DNA of 58,217 bases, from the NCBI GenBank assembly GCA_964534625.1, contig CAZHRF010000017.1, positions 1-58,217 of the forward strand, in the 5' to 3' direction. The stretch is from an uncultured archaeon (lineage in GTDB: Archaea > Asgardarchaeota > Heimdallarchaeia > Heimdallarchaeales > Heimdallarchaeaceae). Under the pieces are notes generated by a model. It was not told the DNA's origin, did no database searches, and was given only the letters and a program-made list of their open reading frames with translations. Position numbers and translations under genes: made by a program. Of the stretch, positions 9,201-19,074 are shown one piece after another (position 1 is the first letter of the stretch; every line of letters starts with the position of its first letter).

Positions 9201-11950
9201 CTAATGGGAGCTAGAACAGTTAGCGCTTTTCTTAAATGTTTTTTTGCTGATATTGGAACATTTTTATCTTTATAGCTTCGTGTATTGAAAATTTGTCTTA
9301 CTAGTCCTGCATCAAATAAAGTTTCTTTTGCTTTATCTTCCCCTATTACTTTAGCAAGTACTTTTTCATGAAGATCTCTTAATAGAGCGGTTCTGTCAGA
9401 TATTTGTACTACATCTGTAGATCCCAACAAAACTATACCATGTGCAAAAGGGCTTGGGATCTCTAATAAGGGGGTAAACTCAATCTTGATATCCTTTTTT
9501 TCAATTTTTTTTAATACTACTAATGAATTTTGTAAGTCCATGTAATCTTCAAGTATCTCTCGGTATGTTTCCTTAATGATTGGAAAATCATCTTTATCTT
9601 TTATTGAATTGAGTATTCTTTTTGCATACATGTTTTGTCGAGAAACAGGTATAGAACGTTTTGTTGAACGTCGTAATATCATGAACCCTCTATTTGCTAC
9701 ATGTCTGAATCTAGATTGAAATAATTCTGTATTGAGTATGGATTTTTTGATTATCCTTTCTAAATTTGTTGATTTAACTAAAGAGGGGATTTCATCTACA
9801 TCTAGTATTTTTCCAACTGGTAAGGTTAAAATGAATCCATTATCATTTACTGCTGCTGCAACATCACAATTCATTTTATTTCCTACTGTATATGCATAAG
9901 CCCGAGACAAAGCATCATTTACTCTTCTTCCATAGTATGCATGAAATATTATACACATTCGTCCTTGAGGATCAATAAATGATTCAATTAATAATCTATT
10001 ATCACTAGGAACGGTTCCTATATAGTTTAATTGTTCTTGGACATATTCTTGTATTGTTTTTGCCACTACTTCATCTGTTCTAAACGAAGAAATAATCCAT
10101 TCCATTAAATCTTCTTCTTTTTTCTTTAATTTATTTGCAATTACATTAATGAAGCGTCCGATCTGTTGAGACAATTCAAATGACCTAGGTAGTTCCTCTC
10201 CTACCCAGCTGGGGATGGTTGGTCGACGTCCAAATGCTTCTCCGACTATAACTCTAGATCCTATTGTTCTTTTAAATTGGTAAGTATGGCTTCCTAAAAC
10301 AAACACATCTCCAGTATTAAGTCGTTCTACAAATGTTTCTGATAATACTCCTAACCTCGTTCTATACGTCTCTAATTCAACATAATAATCGGCATTTTCG
10401 GGTATTGTACCAATGTTAGTATAAAATATTATACGTGAACTACGTTTTCTCCCAAAAGCATTTTCCTCAGGATCATACCAAATTTTACGATAAACCTTTC
10501 TCTCTCTCAATTCTAAATTATATCCACCTAAATATTCCACTGTTTTGATATAATCCTCATAAGATAGGTTTCTATAGCAATATGAACTTTTAATAAGATT
10601 ATACGCATCATCAATTGACCATCGTTTAATAACTGATATTCCTACAAGAAACTGTGCTAACACATCTAAACAGTTTAAAGGAATCTGTACTTTGTCAATA
10701 TCACGTCCATATACGCTTTTATTCAAAACTGCGCACTCAATTGAATCATCTCTATCTGTAACAATTAACCTCCCTTTTGCAATTTGACCTAATGAATGAC
10801 CACTTCTACCAACGCGCTGTAAACATTTTGCAACAGTTTTTGGAGACCCTACCTGACCAACAAACTCGACACTACCTATGTCTATTCCAAGCTCTAACGA
10901 TGTTGAAGATATTGCAGCTAATAACTCATTGTTTTTTAATCGATCTTCAACATCTAGTCTGATTTCACGTGATAGACTAGAATGATGAACAGCAATCTGG
11001 GAGGCATGTTCTGTACCCAGAAAGTCTTTAAGTTTAAATGCTACACTTTCTGCTCCCCTTCTTGTATTTGTAAAGATGATGGATGTTTCATGATCAAGGA
11101 TCAAATCAGATAAAATCACATAGATATTTTGTTGTACCTCAATGTATGGGGTGTGTAAAAGGTCTTTAACTGGGCTTAATACCGCTAGATCTAACCTTCT
11201 TTGAGGGGGTAAATTAGCGATATAACACTTTCTTTCTGTACACATTAAATCCCGACCAACGAGGAGTCGAGCAATTTCTTCTATGGGTGCTTGAGTGGCG
11301 GATAAACCTATTCTTGTTAATTCCCCCTCAATTAAGTCGCTTTCTAAATACTCTAAGAATAAAGATAATAATACTCCTCGTTTATTATTGCTTATTTCAT
11401 GAATCTCATCTAGCATTAGCCATCTAACAGTTTTTAGATTCAAAGACATTTTAGGTGAAGTTAATAACAATCCTAAAGATTCAGGAGTGGTTATAAGGAT
11501 ATGAGGAGGTGTTCTTCGCATTGCGTTTCTTTCTGCTTGTGTAGTGTCTCCTGTTCGAGTAGCCACACGTATTTTAGGTGTTTTGATGTTTTTTTCTGCA
11601 GCTAAATCTTGTATTCCCTGGAGCGGTTCTTCTAGGTTTTTTCTAATATCATTTCCTAGAGCTTTTAGCGGAGAGATATACAAAATGTATGTTTTATTTT
11701 TTAATGTGCCTTGTTTTGCTTTGATGAACAACTCATTAATAGCAGCTAAAAAAGCAGCAAAGGTTTTACCTGAGCCGGTAGAACTGAAAATCAATGTATT
11801 TCTTCTTTGATGAATTGAAGGTATAGCATATAATTGCGGAGGAGTAAAACCATTTGGGAATTTGGTTGTAAACCACTCACATACAATTTCATCAAGAAAC
11901 GCGTGTATTTGTTCATCTGTTGAACAATCTTCTAAATAGTAGATGGTCAT
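6230..11950 (-). CDS. lhr: Lhr-family SF2 helicase with a very long wHTH-repeat C-terminal extension (1906 aa)
   Basis: TPPQ Q-motif, STGSGKT, YISPLKAL, TTPESL, DEIH, SAT, HHSSL, SLELGIDIG, QRVGRSGH, GTIP, PSW and PSPFA Lhr signatures. Confidence 0.9.
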   Translation of the reverse strand: MTIYYLEDCSTDEQIHAFLDEIVCEWFTTKFPNGFTPPQLYAIPSIHQRRNTLIFSSTGSGKTFAAFLAAINELFIKAKQGTLKNKTYILYISPLKALGNDIRKNLEEPLQGIQDLAAEKNIKTPKIRVATRTGDTTQAERNAMRRTPPHILITTPESLGLLLTSPKMSLNLKTVRWLMLDEIHEISNNKRGVLLSLFLEYLESDLIEGELTRIGLSATQAPIEEIARLLVGRDLMCTERKCYIANLPPQRRLDLAVLSPVKDLLHTPYIEVQQNIYVILSDLILDHETSIIFTNTRRGAESVAFKLKDFLGTEHASQIAVHHSSLSREIRLDVEDRLKNNELLAAISSTSLELGIDIGSVEFVGQVGSPKTVAKCLQRVGRSGHSLGQIAKGRLIVTDRDDSIECAVLNKSVYGRDIDKVQIPLNCLDVLAQFLVGISVIKRWSIDDAYNLIKSSYCYRNLSYEDYIKTVEYLGGYNLELRERKVYRKIWYDPEENAFGRKRSSRIIFYTNIGTIPENADYYVELETYRTRLGVLSETFVERLNTGDVFVLGSHTYQFKRTIGSRVIVGEAFGRRPTIPSWVGEELPRSFELSQQIGRFINVIANKLKKKEEDLMEWIISSFRTDEVVAKTIQEYVQEQLNYIGTVPSDNRLLIESFIDPQGRMCIIFHAYYGRRVNDALSRAYAYTVGNKMNCDVAAAVNDNGFILTLPVGKILDVDEIPSLVKSTNLERIIKKSILNTELFQSRFRHVANRGFMILRRSTKRSIPVSRQNMYAKRILNSIKDKDDFPIIKETYREILEDYMDLQNSLVVLKKIEKKDIKIEFTPLLEIPSPFAHGIVLLGSTDVVQISDRTALLRDLHEKVLAKVIGEDKAKETLFDAGLVRQIFNTRSYKDKNVPISAKKHLRKALTVLAPISTTTSLTPSIYDIEISDPKKVRTWIIELLNDNEFIEVLIGNNDHRTIPMKDYPIYWNVYIQALEPSEIDKYILNKMKDKISVSFNELVEKIDYDPIDLRISIKKLERAFQITRTQYILYKGKLKWKYSLVRNKVPKNLIVQAKKLDPEECLKKVIERYLSTHGPKTLDAITTYLAVKKEKIERALKELEVESSVLKGQIIKATSQPQYILLEDRELLRNLSMRSPDSVVLTNEELNYIRYNFTLKKYFTDRSSQDSIIDILEHFGFIEDLNSLIVRMQDFEFDWLRRLIKENKILQGRFAKNRVSYISIRQLPYFYVAYREPYELSKVEEKILETLKKYGPMTKRDLIDYTGYDSNVVHESLILLDKTLHIIRKTPLVDTTLPRIFSPNVYDVTTRYVDNNKLPSINESLQQVIMLFIKSLGPVSLLELTQISGFKYSSVERVIKSLLEKDSIIEKTLTQRKTNYYLTIRRFEEIKAIKQKFIYRFLEDDLIVIIPKSDPFTNLGLKRHLNEIYGDGTIDPIIVGGEIKGSIEYKLQRGKYLQVYNLKLNESIMYNEVLLKTISAKLIEYTRRMHKVLSLQIEDINETSILSENNTIVREIFEKAGYRVIKATLVGGESVTRVFKESLIHNYLINKMWLKNEGNTLTEQNLLRLIEDFGFLSFEEIQARFPGEMKTVIIYLLNSLIEKNRVYVQNEIFYSDKFIELRIAGVRKRRKLKEDHEFVVECIKGGLTSIEDMKEDYKGNTISLLSTIKTLEANMMIAGNKLDSNGKISEYKILELESNKKSIDITQARKKYVKHVLESLGIATEEQIVERTSIPSVLNRSQIKEIMTDLVDGEEILTGRFIEDALQFYFITKDAYQKLLENEKKENTLSRSLETINTYYILPPYDFAQTVFHNILMKHFSTSAENYCIVLNKRIIAVCKVERVEKGAMIIKDIQLDRRVNSEKEFNYIINAVESLKAFFEEEVKTLLIKRINNISLIKMERHYD

Positions 11951-12012
11951 ATCCTAATTCACAAATTTTTTTTTAGTATAAATATCTGTTTTCTTTCCAT
12001 TCAGTATTACTT

Positions 12013-13338
12013 TTATTTTTTCTTTTGGACTTTGGTTGGACTAAATTTGAATTTGGCAATATAACCGCCTATGTTAGACATTTCTCTTGGGTCAATAAAT
12101 AGTGAGGATGCGGTGTGTCTAATAATTTTTCTTGTGTCCATTCGTTCTTTGTTTCTTTCAATTCTTGATAAAAAATATCCTTTTTTCTTCAATTCTCGTA
12201 TCCTTCTGGGAAACCCTTGTTCTTCATAATAAGAATAATTTGTTATCTCCTCAAATAGTTCTTCATTCTCCATCCAATCTATGGAATGTGTGACATAATT
12301 GATTAATGCATTAGGGTGCAAGCATTTGTACAAATCAGTTATAACACTATGTTGATACTTGACAAAACTTTTCAACCTATGTTGATCCAAATTTGAGGTG
12401 GTTACTGGTTTAAGTCCTGTTTTAGAGTTAGGTAATTCTAAGTATACAAGTGTGTACTTCATTCTATGTGTATCATTTATAAATACTTTAGGTGATGCTG
12501 TGACAATTCTAACTGCCTCATTTCCCACGCGTTGTATCTGTTTTTGGATTACTGTTGACTGCATTTTATTCCTTGCAACAATTGTTACTGGAAATTTATT
12601 TTTAGTCTTTTCAGCTATATAAGATGCAACTTCTCCTCTACCGGTGGTAAAAACTAAAATATTTTCTAGACTTGTTAAATCATCGAGATACATTGAATTA
12701 ACCGCTACTACTTCAACGGGTGTTAAGATAGAAAAATATCCTCGTCTATAATGTTGTAGTTCTGTAATGGGAGGGATGTATGCTACTGATTTTTCTATCT
12801 TCGCAACTTCTTGCAAAGGCAAATTCGCTAGTTCATTACTATTGACTAATGCTTTTGCATATGCAAGAAAATTACCCACATGATCAACCACTGCTATTTG
12901 TTGTCCTGTTGTAAAAAATTTTTCCGGGTCGTCAGTTTTAGGCTGTAACACGCCTGAGCTCAACACATTCTTACCCATCATGACATCTTGAGCTTGTTCT
13001 CTGTCTACATATAGAAAAGGCAAATCATCTGGAGGTTTATCAAAAATCTCTCCCTTTTCAATTTTGACTTCTAAAATATCTGAAAAAAATTTGTTCTTGG
13101 TAGCGAATATTTTGGAATCTTCAAAAATATTGATTAATGAATCGATATCAATTCTACTTGTATTAACTTGGACCCATAGAGAGTTATATGGTTTAGATAA
13201 ATCTTTTAATAAGGAATCTAGTTCACTTTTCGGCATATATTCTAACATGTGTGCCATTAAACTTCTCTTATAATGATGTTTATCTGCTAATTGTTGAATG
13301 ATATCTATGTGATTTTCTTCTTTTTCCGAGCTAGACAT
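12013..13338 (-). CDS. RsmB/NOP2-like m5C RNA methyltransferase homolog with PUA domain, probably catalytically inactive
   Basis: N-terminal QVNT, PUA-like region, Rossmann fold. Motif IV reads ELPNSKTG and motif VI reads YVTHSI...ENE, so both catalytic Cys are absent. Confidence 0.7.
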   Translation of the reverse strand: MSSSEKEENHIDIIQQLADKHHYKRSLMAHMLEYMPKSELDSLLKDLSKPYNSLWVQVNTSRIDIDSLINIFEDSKIFATKNKFFSDILEVKIEKGEIFDKPPDDLPFLYVDREQAQDVMMGKNVLSSGVLQPKTDDPEKFFTTGQQIAVVDHVGNFLAYAKALVNSNELANLPLQEVAKIEKSVAYIPPITELQHYRRGYFSILTPVEVVAVNSMYLDDLTSLENILVFTTGRGEVASYIAEKTKNKFPVTIVARNKMQSTVIQKQIQRVGNEAVRIVTASPKVFINDTHRMKYTLVYLELPNSKTGLKPVTTSNLDQHRLKSFVKYQHSVITDLYKCLHPNALINYVTHSIDWMENEELFEEITNYSYYEEQGFPRRIRELKKKGYFLSRIERNKERMDTRKIIRHTASSLFIDPREMSNIGGYIAKFKFSPTKVQKKK

Positions 13339-13486
13339 AGTATATTTAAATCTCAATTATACGCTTTAAGAATATTATTAAGATAGACTTTAACACAAGA
13401 ATAGTGTTTATTAGTTTTCTTATTTTGTACTTAGAATTAATAAGTTTCAATGGAAGTAGTCTTTTGTCTATCTTAAGTTTAAAATA

Positions 13487-13975
13487 TTATTGCCACTCCA
13501 TTAAGAAAGCTGACTCACCGTCTCGATAATAATTTGTTAATTCTTTTTTAATCTCGTATTTAAGTTTTCTATACATTTCTATTGCAGAACGATTTGAAAT
13601 GCGTACTTCAAGATAAATTTTTTCAACGCCATAATCTACTAGTCTTCTCATAGCGTTTTTCATCATTTTTGTACCCAATTTTTGACGTCTATATCTAGGA
13701 AGAACAGCAATAGAAATAACATGCCCTTTTAATGGTGCTAAACCTACGACTGAGCTTAAAGGTTTTTCCACTCTGCATAATACATATCCCCCTATTTTAT
13801 TGTTAACTTCGCCGACTATGCAAGTAAAACCAAAATTGGAGATTATGCGATAGAAAAAATCGAACGAATAATTTTCAGGGAGACATGCTCTGTTAATTTT
13901 CATAATGTCATTGATATCAGACAGTTCAGCTTGCCTAATAGTTATGTTTTCTTCTTTTTCTTCCATTGTTATCAT
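13487..13975 (-). CDS. ard1: Ard1/RimI-type N-terminal acetyltransferase (GNAT)
   Basis: INRACLPENY, GHVISIAV..YRR, LEVRISN..A..MY and YYRDGESA motifs. Confidence 0.88.
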   Translation of the reverse strand: MITMEEKEENITIRQAELSDINDIMKINRACLPENYSFDFFYRIISNFGFTCIVGEVNNKIGGYVLCRVEKPLSSVVGLAPLKGHVISIAVLPRYRRQKLGTKMMKNAMRRLVDYGVEKIYLEVRISNRSAIEMYRKLKYEIKKELTNYYRDGESAFLMEWQ

Positions 13976-14383
13976 CCAATCCAGATGTTTATATGTTAAA
14001 TTTTACTTTTAAAGCTTTTTTTACATATTAATGATACTATTATTAAACTAAACAATTGAAATTCTTAAAACATGTATTGTTATTATTCATTATATCAGTT
14101 GTTTAGGTTTAAATATAATATTTGGTCATATTTTCTCTCTTATTTACTTTTTGGAATTCCCCAATCTTGATACTTTTACACTTAGTGAGGAGAAAGCCAC
14201 TAAAAATTATTTTACTACTGATTAAAAATTTTATTGATATGACTATGGATTTTAGTAACATCATTACTCTATTTTCTATGTATTAATCCAGTTTTTTAAA
14301 AACAGTTAATAACCCTCAACAATAAGAATAAATAACAGAAAGCTATAACTAACATTAAGATTTGTTTGGAGGTCTAAAGTAAT

Positions 14384-17300
14384 ATGTCAAAACATTATCC
14401 CTATAATTTATGGATATCTGTTGGAACTGATTTTGGCGTTAGTTTTGCAACAATCGGAAATCTCGCAAAAGATTCTTCTATGATGCAAGGCATTCTGTTG
14501 AGTTTACAAAGCCTAATGTCAAGCGAGGTTCAAGTTACAGATTCAAGATTTATGACTGGACAAAATGAATATGTGCGTTTCGGCACTTTTACGTTAAATC
14601 AAGAAGAAATAGATGTTGTTGTACAATATATTCTTAAATCCAATGAACAAAATGAATTAGATGATCATGATGAACAGCTCGCCCAACAACTTGCTCTGTC
14701 TTTTTGTAAATTTATCGTTATGACTCCGAATTTCTATGAAAATGTTGAATCAGGAAGGTCTATCTCTAGGGATCATGTTGCAAAATCCTTTCTTAATGCC
14801 TGTACTATAACTAAACAAAAAATATCTGTAACCGAAGATGATAAATCTTTAATTAAGCACATTAATAGTGAATTAAAAAATGCTGAAAGTGATACATCTT
14901 ATTTTTCTACTTTATCCCAGTTAAAAGAATTTGAGAGTCTTTTAGATGAAAATGGTCTTGGTAGATCCTATATTCCTTCTTTCAAGCGCCAATTACTTCT
15001 TCAACTTCTAGCTCAAGATATATTAATTAAGTTAATTGAAAAAGACCCATTTGTACTTCTTGAATATAGGAGACCTAGATATATAATAGAAGAAATGGTT
15101 CATAGGGTAGAAAATTATATCCAAAATATTAAGATTGATGTAAAAAACATCATTACAGAGTATAATGGTAACGATTTAAATAAAAAAGCTAATAACTATC
15201 TGAAAAAACTATGTATTGATGAAATTCATTCTGCAGATCGGTTCATATCTCGCTATCTTGCAATAGATATTCTGAAAAAGTTAACTAAAAAAAGACCTCT
15301 CCTAGCTTTGAAGGATTTTAGAGATTTGAAACTTGAGAATGAAATAAAAAAAGAAATTCAGAGTACAACTAAAATCACATCACAAGGGGATATGATTTGT
15401 GATGCTCTAGTTGAATATTTAAAACCGCCAATTTTAGAGAAAGCAAGGCTTTTTTATAATAGTTTAATAAACTCATTCGGGGATAAAAGATTACCAGCAA
15501 GCGTATGGAGTGTAATTACTGATTTTACATTTTCTTTAATAGATGAAAATGATATTGAATTACCAAAGAAAACAAAGAAAAAGAGACATAGTTCTTCTGT
15601 TGAAGCAAAACGTTTTTTTATAAAAGAGAAGATGGAAGAGCTCTCTTTAATGAATAATAGTTGGAAAAAAGAGTTAGCAGTCAAATTTAAAGAAACTGGA
15701 TTAGGAAAGCAGCTTCAGATTCAAAATGTGGAAGAATCTGTCGTTTTTGCAGCAGCTTTGGAACAAGCAGTAATATCCACTATGAAAAAAATATTCCAAG
15801 ACCATCTTATTGATGAAGAAATGGGGGACATATTTGATTATATTATTATGCAATACAAAAAAATCGCTGCTCAAACCGTCTATGGGGATTTGATTAATAA
15901 CATACTACTTGATTTAAAAAACTATGAAAAGGTAACTAGGGAAAACATCAGTCTCTCCGTATTAGATTTAATAGAATCAGCAATAGAAGAGGGGGCAGTA
16001 AAAGCATACATCAAATCTATCCCTGTAAAAAGGAAAAAATCCTTTTTCAGAAGAAACATTAGTCTTCAATATGATGGACGAGAGATTACTACACATGAAG
16101 TTTTAAAGAAATTCAATGTGACAATAAGATATCACAATACTGTTACTCCACTACCCGAAATCAAAAAAGATGGAGAATTTCTAGTATATTGCTTGGCGCA
16201 AAAAAATATCTTAAAACGAGCGTATATAAAATCGTCTATACGAAATAGTCTATACCCCTATTCTGATGCCATCTATCAATTCCAAGAGAATATAATAACA
16301 AGAATTGATGGATTGATCACCTTATTTCAAGAACAAATGGTGGGTGATTTAAAACCAGCACATATACTACCTGAAGTAAAAAAAGATTTTCCTGTGTTTT
16401 CTTCACCATCCGTTCCTGAATGTTTGGAAAATAAGAATTTTGATCAAAAAACTAAAGAGGAATGGAGAGATCATTCTCCCAAAATTCATAAGATCCTACA
16501 AGACTTGATCAGTAGTTTTGTTGAACTAAGAAGTGATGATATTAACTACAAAAAGAAAGCAATGAAATTTTACAATTCTGCCATCAAAGATCTGAAAAAA
16601 GTTAGAAATAAATTAACAAATAGTTGGGATAAAATAAAAAATAACTTGGAAAAAGAATTGAAAAAGCATTCAAATGCAGGTATTAGTGGACTTGATAATC
16701 ATTTTGAAACAGTAGAAAATGAGATTGAAAATTGGATAGGAGAGGGTTTTTATATCAACAAACTTGAACCTGGAAAACTTACTCAAAAAAGATCTGTTTG
16801 TACAAAAGAAGTAAGGAACAAAAACCAAGCAATCCTAACAAAAAATATTGGCAATTTACCCAAAAACTTCTTAGAAATTGGATTGTCTATCTTATTATAC
16901 AAACGGATACCTGATTTTGTAATTGAAGAATCATATGGTCAAATGATAAGTGGAGATAAACACATATCAGCTGAAGTAAGAAAAGCTTGGGGTAAAAGCC
17001 ATTCCCGCAAAGAATTCGAGTCCAACCTTTATCTTAATATGCGTGTATTAGGTAACGCTTTAATTAAGAGTATACAAAACTATAGCCGCTTTACTCATTC
17101 ACAATATATAAAGAACGATATAGAGCTATCGAGCGTGAAAAAGGGATTCTACATTGTTATAGCAACGATCCCCAAAAGTATCTTCAAAACTAAAGCACAA
17201 TTGAGTTTACTTTTTACTTTTGATAACCTAGAATTTTTCTCAGAAGGTAATAATTGGCATGTAAGATTGTTTGTTGAACCTGAATATAGTAATTTCATGA

Positions 17301-17524
17301 ATAAATATAAAGACAGATTGATTGTTTTGAGTGACATTATCAGCTTTGTGGCAAGAATTAAATTTGAAGAAAAAACTGAGGCTATATTTGATGGTATAAA
17401 AGCCGTTTTTTCTTATTTAATAGAACATGGGGATAAAAATATTATAGATTTCTCTGAGTCTTTAAAAGAAGCCATATTTAGGTTAAGCGATTATCCTACT
17501 ATAACAGCAGAAGATGGTAAATAA
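14384..17524 (+). CDS. Large hypothetical protein (1046 aa), probable N-terminal longin-like domain plus long helical body
   Basis: N-terminal beta-beta-G-hydrophobic pattern, then helix MMQGILLSLQSLMSSEV, further strands and a helix, matching the longin arrangement. The rest is K/E/I-rich and helical. Confidence 0.5.
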   Translation: MSKHYPYNLWISVGTDFGVSFATIGNLAKDSSMMQGILLSLQSLMSSEVQVTDSRFMTGQNEYVRFGTFTLNQEEIDVVVQYILKSNEQNELDDHDEQLAQQLALSFCKFIVMTPNFYENVESGRSISRDHVAKSFLNACTITKQKISVTEDDKSLIKHINSELKNAESDTSYFSTLSQLKEFESLLDENGLGRSYIPSFKRQLLLQLLAQDILIKLIEKDPFVLLEYRRPRYIIEEMVHRVENYIQNIKIDVKNIITEYNGNDLNKKANNYLKKLCIDEIHSADRFISRYLAIDILKKLTKKRPLLALKDFRDLKLENEIKKEIQSTTKITSQGDMICDALVEYLKPPILEKARLFYNSLINSFGDKRLPASVWSVITDFTFSLIDENDIELPKKTKKKRHSSSVEAKRFFIKEKMEELSLMNNSWKKELAVKFKETGLGKQLQIQNVEESVVFAAALEQAVISTMKKIFQDHLIDEEMGDIFDYIIMQYKKIAAQTVYGDLINNILLDLKNYEKVTRENISLSVLDLIESAIEEGAVKAYIKSIPVKRKKSFFRRNISLQYDGREITTHEVLKKFNVTIRYHNTVTPLPEIKKDGEFLVYCLAQKNILKRAYIKSSIRNSLYPYSDAIYQFQENIITRIDGLITLFQEQMVGDLKPAHILPEVKKDFPVFSSPSVPECLENKNFDQKTKEEWRDHSPKIHKILQDLISSFVELRSDDINYKKKAMKFYNSAIKDLKKVRNKLTNSWDKIKNNLEKELKKHSNAGISGLDNHFETVENEIENWIGEGFYINKLEPGKLTQKRSVCTKEVRNKNQAILTKNIGNLPKNFLEIGLSILLYKRIPDFVIEESYGQMISGDKHISAEVRKAWGKSHSRKEFESNLYLNMRVLGNALIKSIQNYSRFTHSQYIKNDIELSSVKKGFYIVIATIPKSIFKTKAQLSLLFTFDNLEFFSEGNNWHVRLFVEPEYSNFMNKYKDRLIVLSDIISFVARIKFEEKTEAIFDGIKAVFSYLIEHGDKNIIDFSESLKEAIFRLSDYPTITAEDGK

Positions 17525-17555
17525 AATTAAATAAAAAAGTAAAAAGAATACTTTT

Positions 17556-18047
17556 TTAAATTTGATCGGTTAAGTTTTTACCTTCAATGAATCTATCACA
17601 ATATTTACATCGAAGAATCTGTGGTTCTGTTGAAATAACATCAAATGATGGACTTATTGGTTCTCTTCCATTTGATATGCAATTGGGATTTAAACATTTA
17701 ATAAATCCTTCAACATGTTTGGGGATTTGTAACAGAATCTTTTCTTTAACTTCATAATCTTTAATGATATTGATTGTTGATCTCGGGATAATAAAAGAAA
17801 GTTTTTGTTGCTCCTTTTTGGAGAGTTCTTTACCTTTAATCTTCACAACATCTTTTAACCCCATTTTTCTAGATTCGACTCTCATAGCTAGTGCGATGGT
17901 ATAGGGATAATTAGAATCGATATCTAATATTTTCAAAACACTCAACGCTTTTCCAGGCGGGATACGATCTATAACAGTCCCATTTTTAATTTTTGTTACT
18001 ATTAGTTTTTTATTATCACTTATTTTTTGTAATTCTTTTTCTTCCAT
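17556..18047 (-). CDS. pyrI: Aspartate carbamoyltransferase regulatory chain
   Basis: IKNGTVIDRIP, KDVVK, CLNPNCIS and CKYCD Zn site. Confidence 0.96.
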   Translation of the reverse strand: MEEKELQKISDNKKLIVTKIKNGTVIDRIPPGKALSVLKILDIDSNYPYTIALAMRVESRKMGLKDVVKIKGKELSKKEQQKLSFIIPRSTINIIKDYEVKEKILLQIPKHVEGFIKCLNPNCISNGREPISPSFDVISTEPQILRCKYCDRFIEGKNLTDQI

Positions 18048-18049
18048 TT

Positions 18050-18970
18050 TTAATCCAACCCTAACATTTTTAGGATAAGAGCCATTCTTATCCAGACACC
18101 ATTTTTTGCTTGTTCAAAATATTTTGCGTGTTTTGTGACATCCACATCATAATTAATTTCATTCACTCTTGGTAAAGGATGTAAGATAGTAAAATGGGGT
18201 TTAACATTACTTAACATGTCAGCTGAAATATTATATGCTCCTTTTAATCTTTCATAATCTAATGGATCAGGAAATCTTTCTTTCTGTATTCTTGTGACAT
18301 ATAAAACATCTAAATCATCTAAAACATCTGATAAATTGTTTTCAAAAGTATAATTAACTTGCAATTCATCCAATCGCAATGATACATTACGCCGAATTTG
18401 AAGCTCTGAAGGTGATATTAGTTTAATATTGATCCCAGAAAATTTTGATAATCCATATAGAAAAGAAGGTACTGTTCTTCCATATTTCAGATCTCCCATG
18501 ATACCAATAGTCAAATCATCAATACCATTGAATTCTTTTTTTATTGTATATAGATCCAACAATGCTTGTGTGGGATGTGCTTGAGTACCCGTTCCTCCCG
18601 ATATTACTGGAAGACTGGAATATATTTTCGCTACTTCACCAATACCTTCTCGAAAATGACGAATTACTACAATATCTGCATAATGATTAATCATTCTTAA
18701 GGTATCAGCTATACTCTCTCCTTTTGATGCGCTACTTACTTTTGCGGAGGAAAAGCCTGTGATTTGTCCTCCTAATCTTAACATCGCACTTTCAAAAGAT
18801 AATTTAGTGCGCGTGCTCGGTTCAAAAAAAAGTAAGGCGAGAATTTTTCCTTTGCACTTATCTGAATAGGCAACTGGATTATCTTCAATTTTTTTGGCTA
18901 AAGTAAATAGTTCATCAATAAAAATTCGTTCAACATCCTTTAGATAAAAAATATGTTGGGGATTCATCAT
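18050..18970 (-). CDS. pyrB: Aspartate carbamoyltransferase catalytic chain
   Basis: FFEPSTRT, HPTQALLD, GDLKYGRTV, TRIQKERF and HPLPR motifs. Confidence 0.97.
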   Translation of the reverse strand: MMNPQHIFYLKDVERIFIDELFTLAKKIEDNPVAYSDKCKGKILALLFFEPSTRTKLSFESAMLRLGGQITGFSSAKVSSASKGESIADTLRMINHYADIVVIRHFREGIGEVAKIYSSLPVISGGTGTQAHPTQALLDLYTIKKEFNGIDDLTIGIMGDLKYGRTVPSFLYGLSKFSGINIKLISPSELQIRRNVSLRLDELQVNYTFENNLSDVLDDLDVLYVTRIQKERFPDPLDYERLKGAYNISADMLSNVKPHFTILHPLPRVNEINYDVDVTKHAKYFEQAKNGVWIRMALILKMLGLD

Positions 18971-19074
18971 TCACTCCTCTAATAACGCAAAAGCTAATCA
19001 TAAATATAAATTGAATCATCTATTAAAAATGAGTGAAAGTGAAATTAATAATCGAAAGTTGAAAAAAGAAGGGA

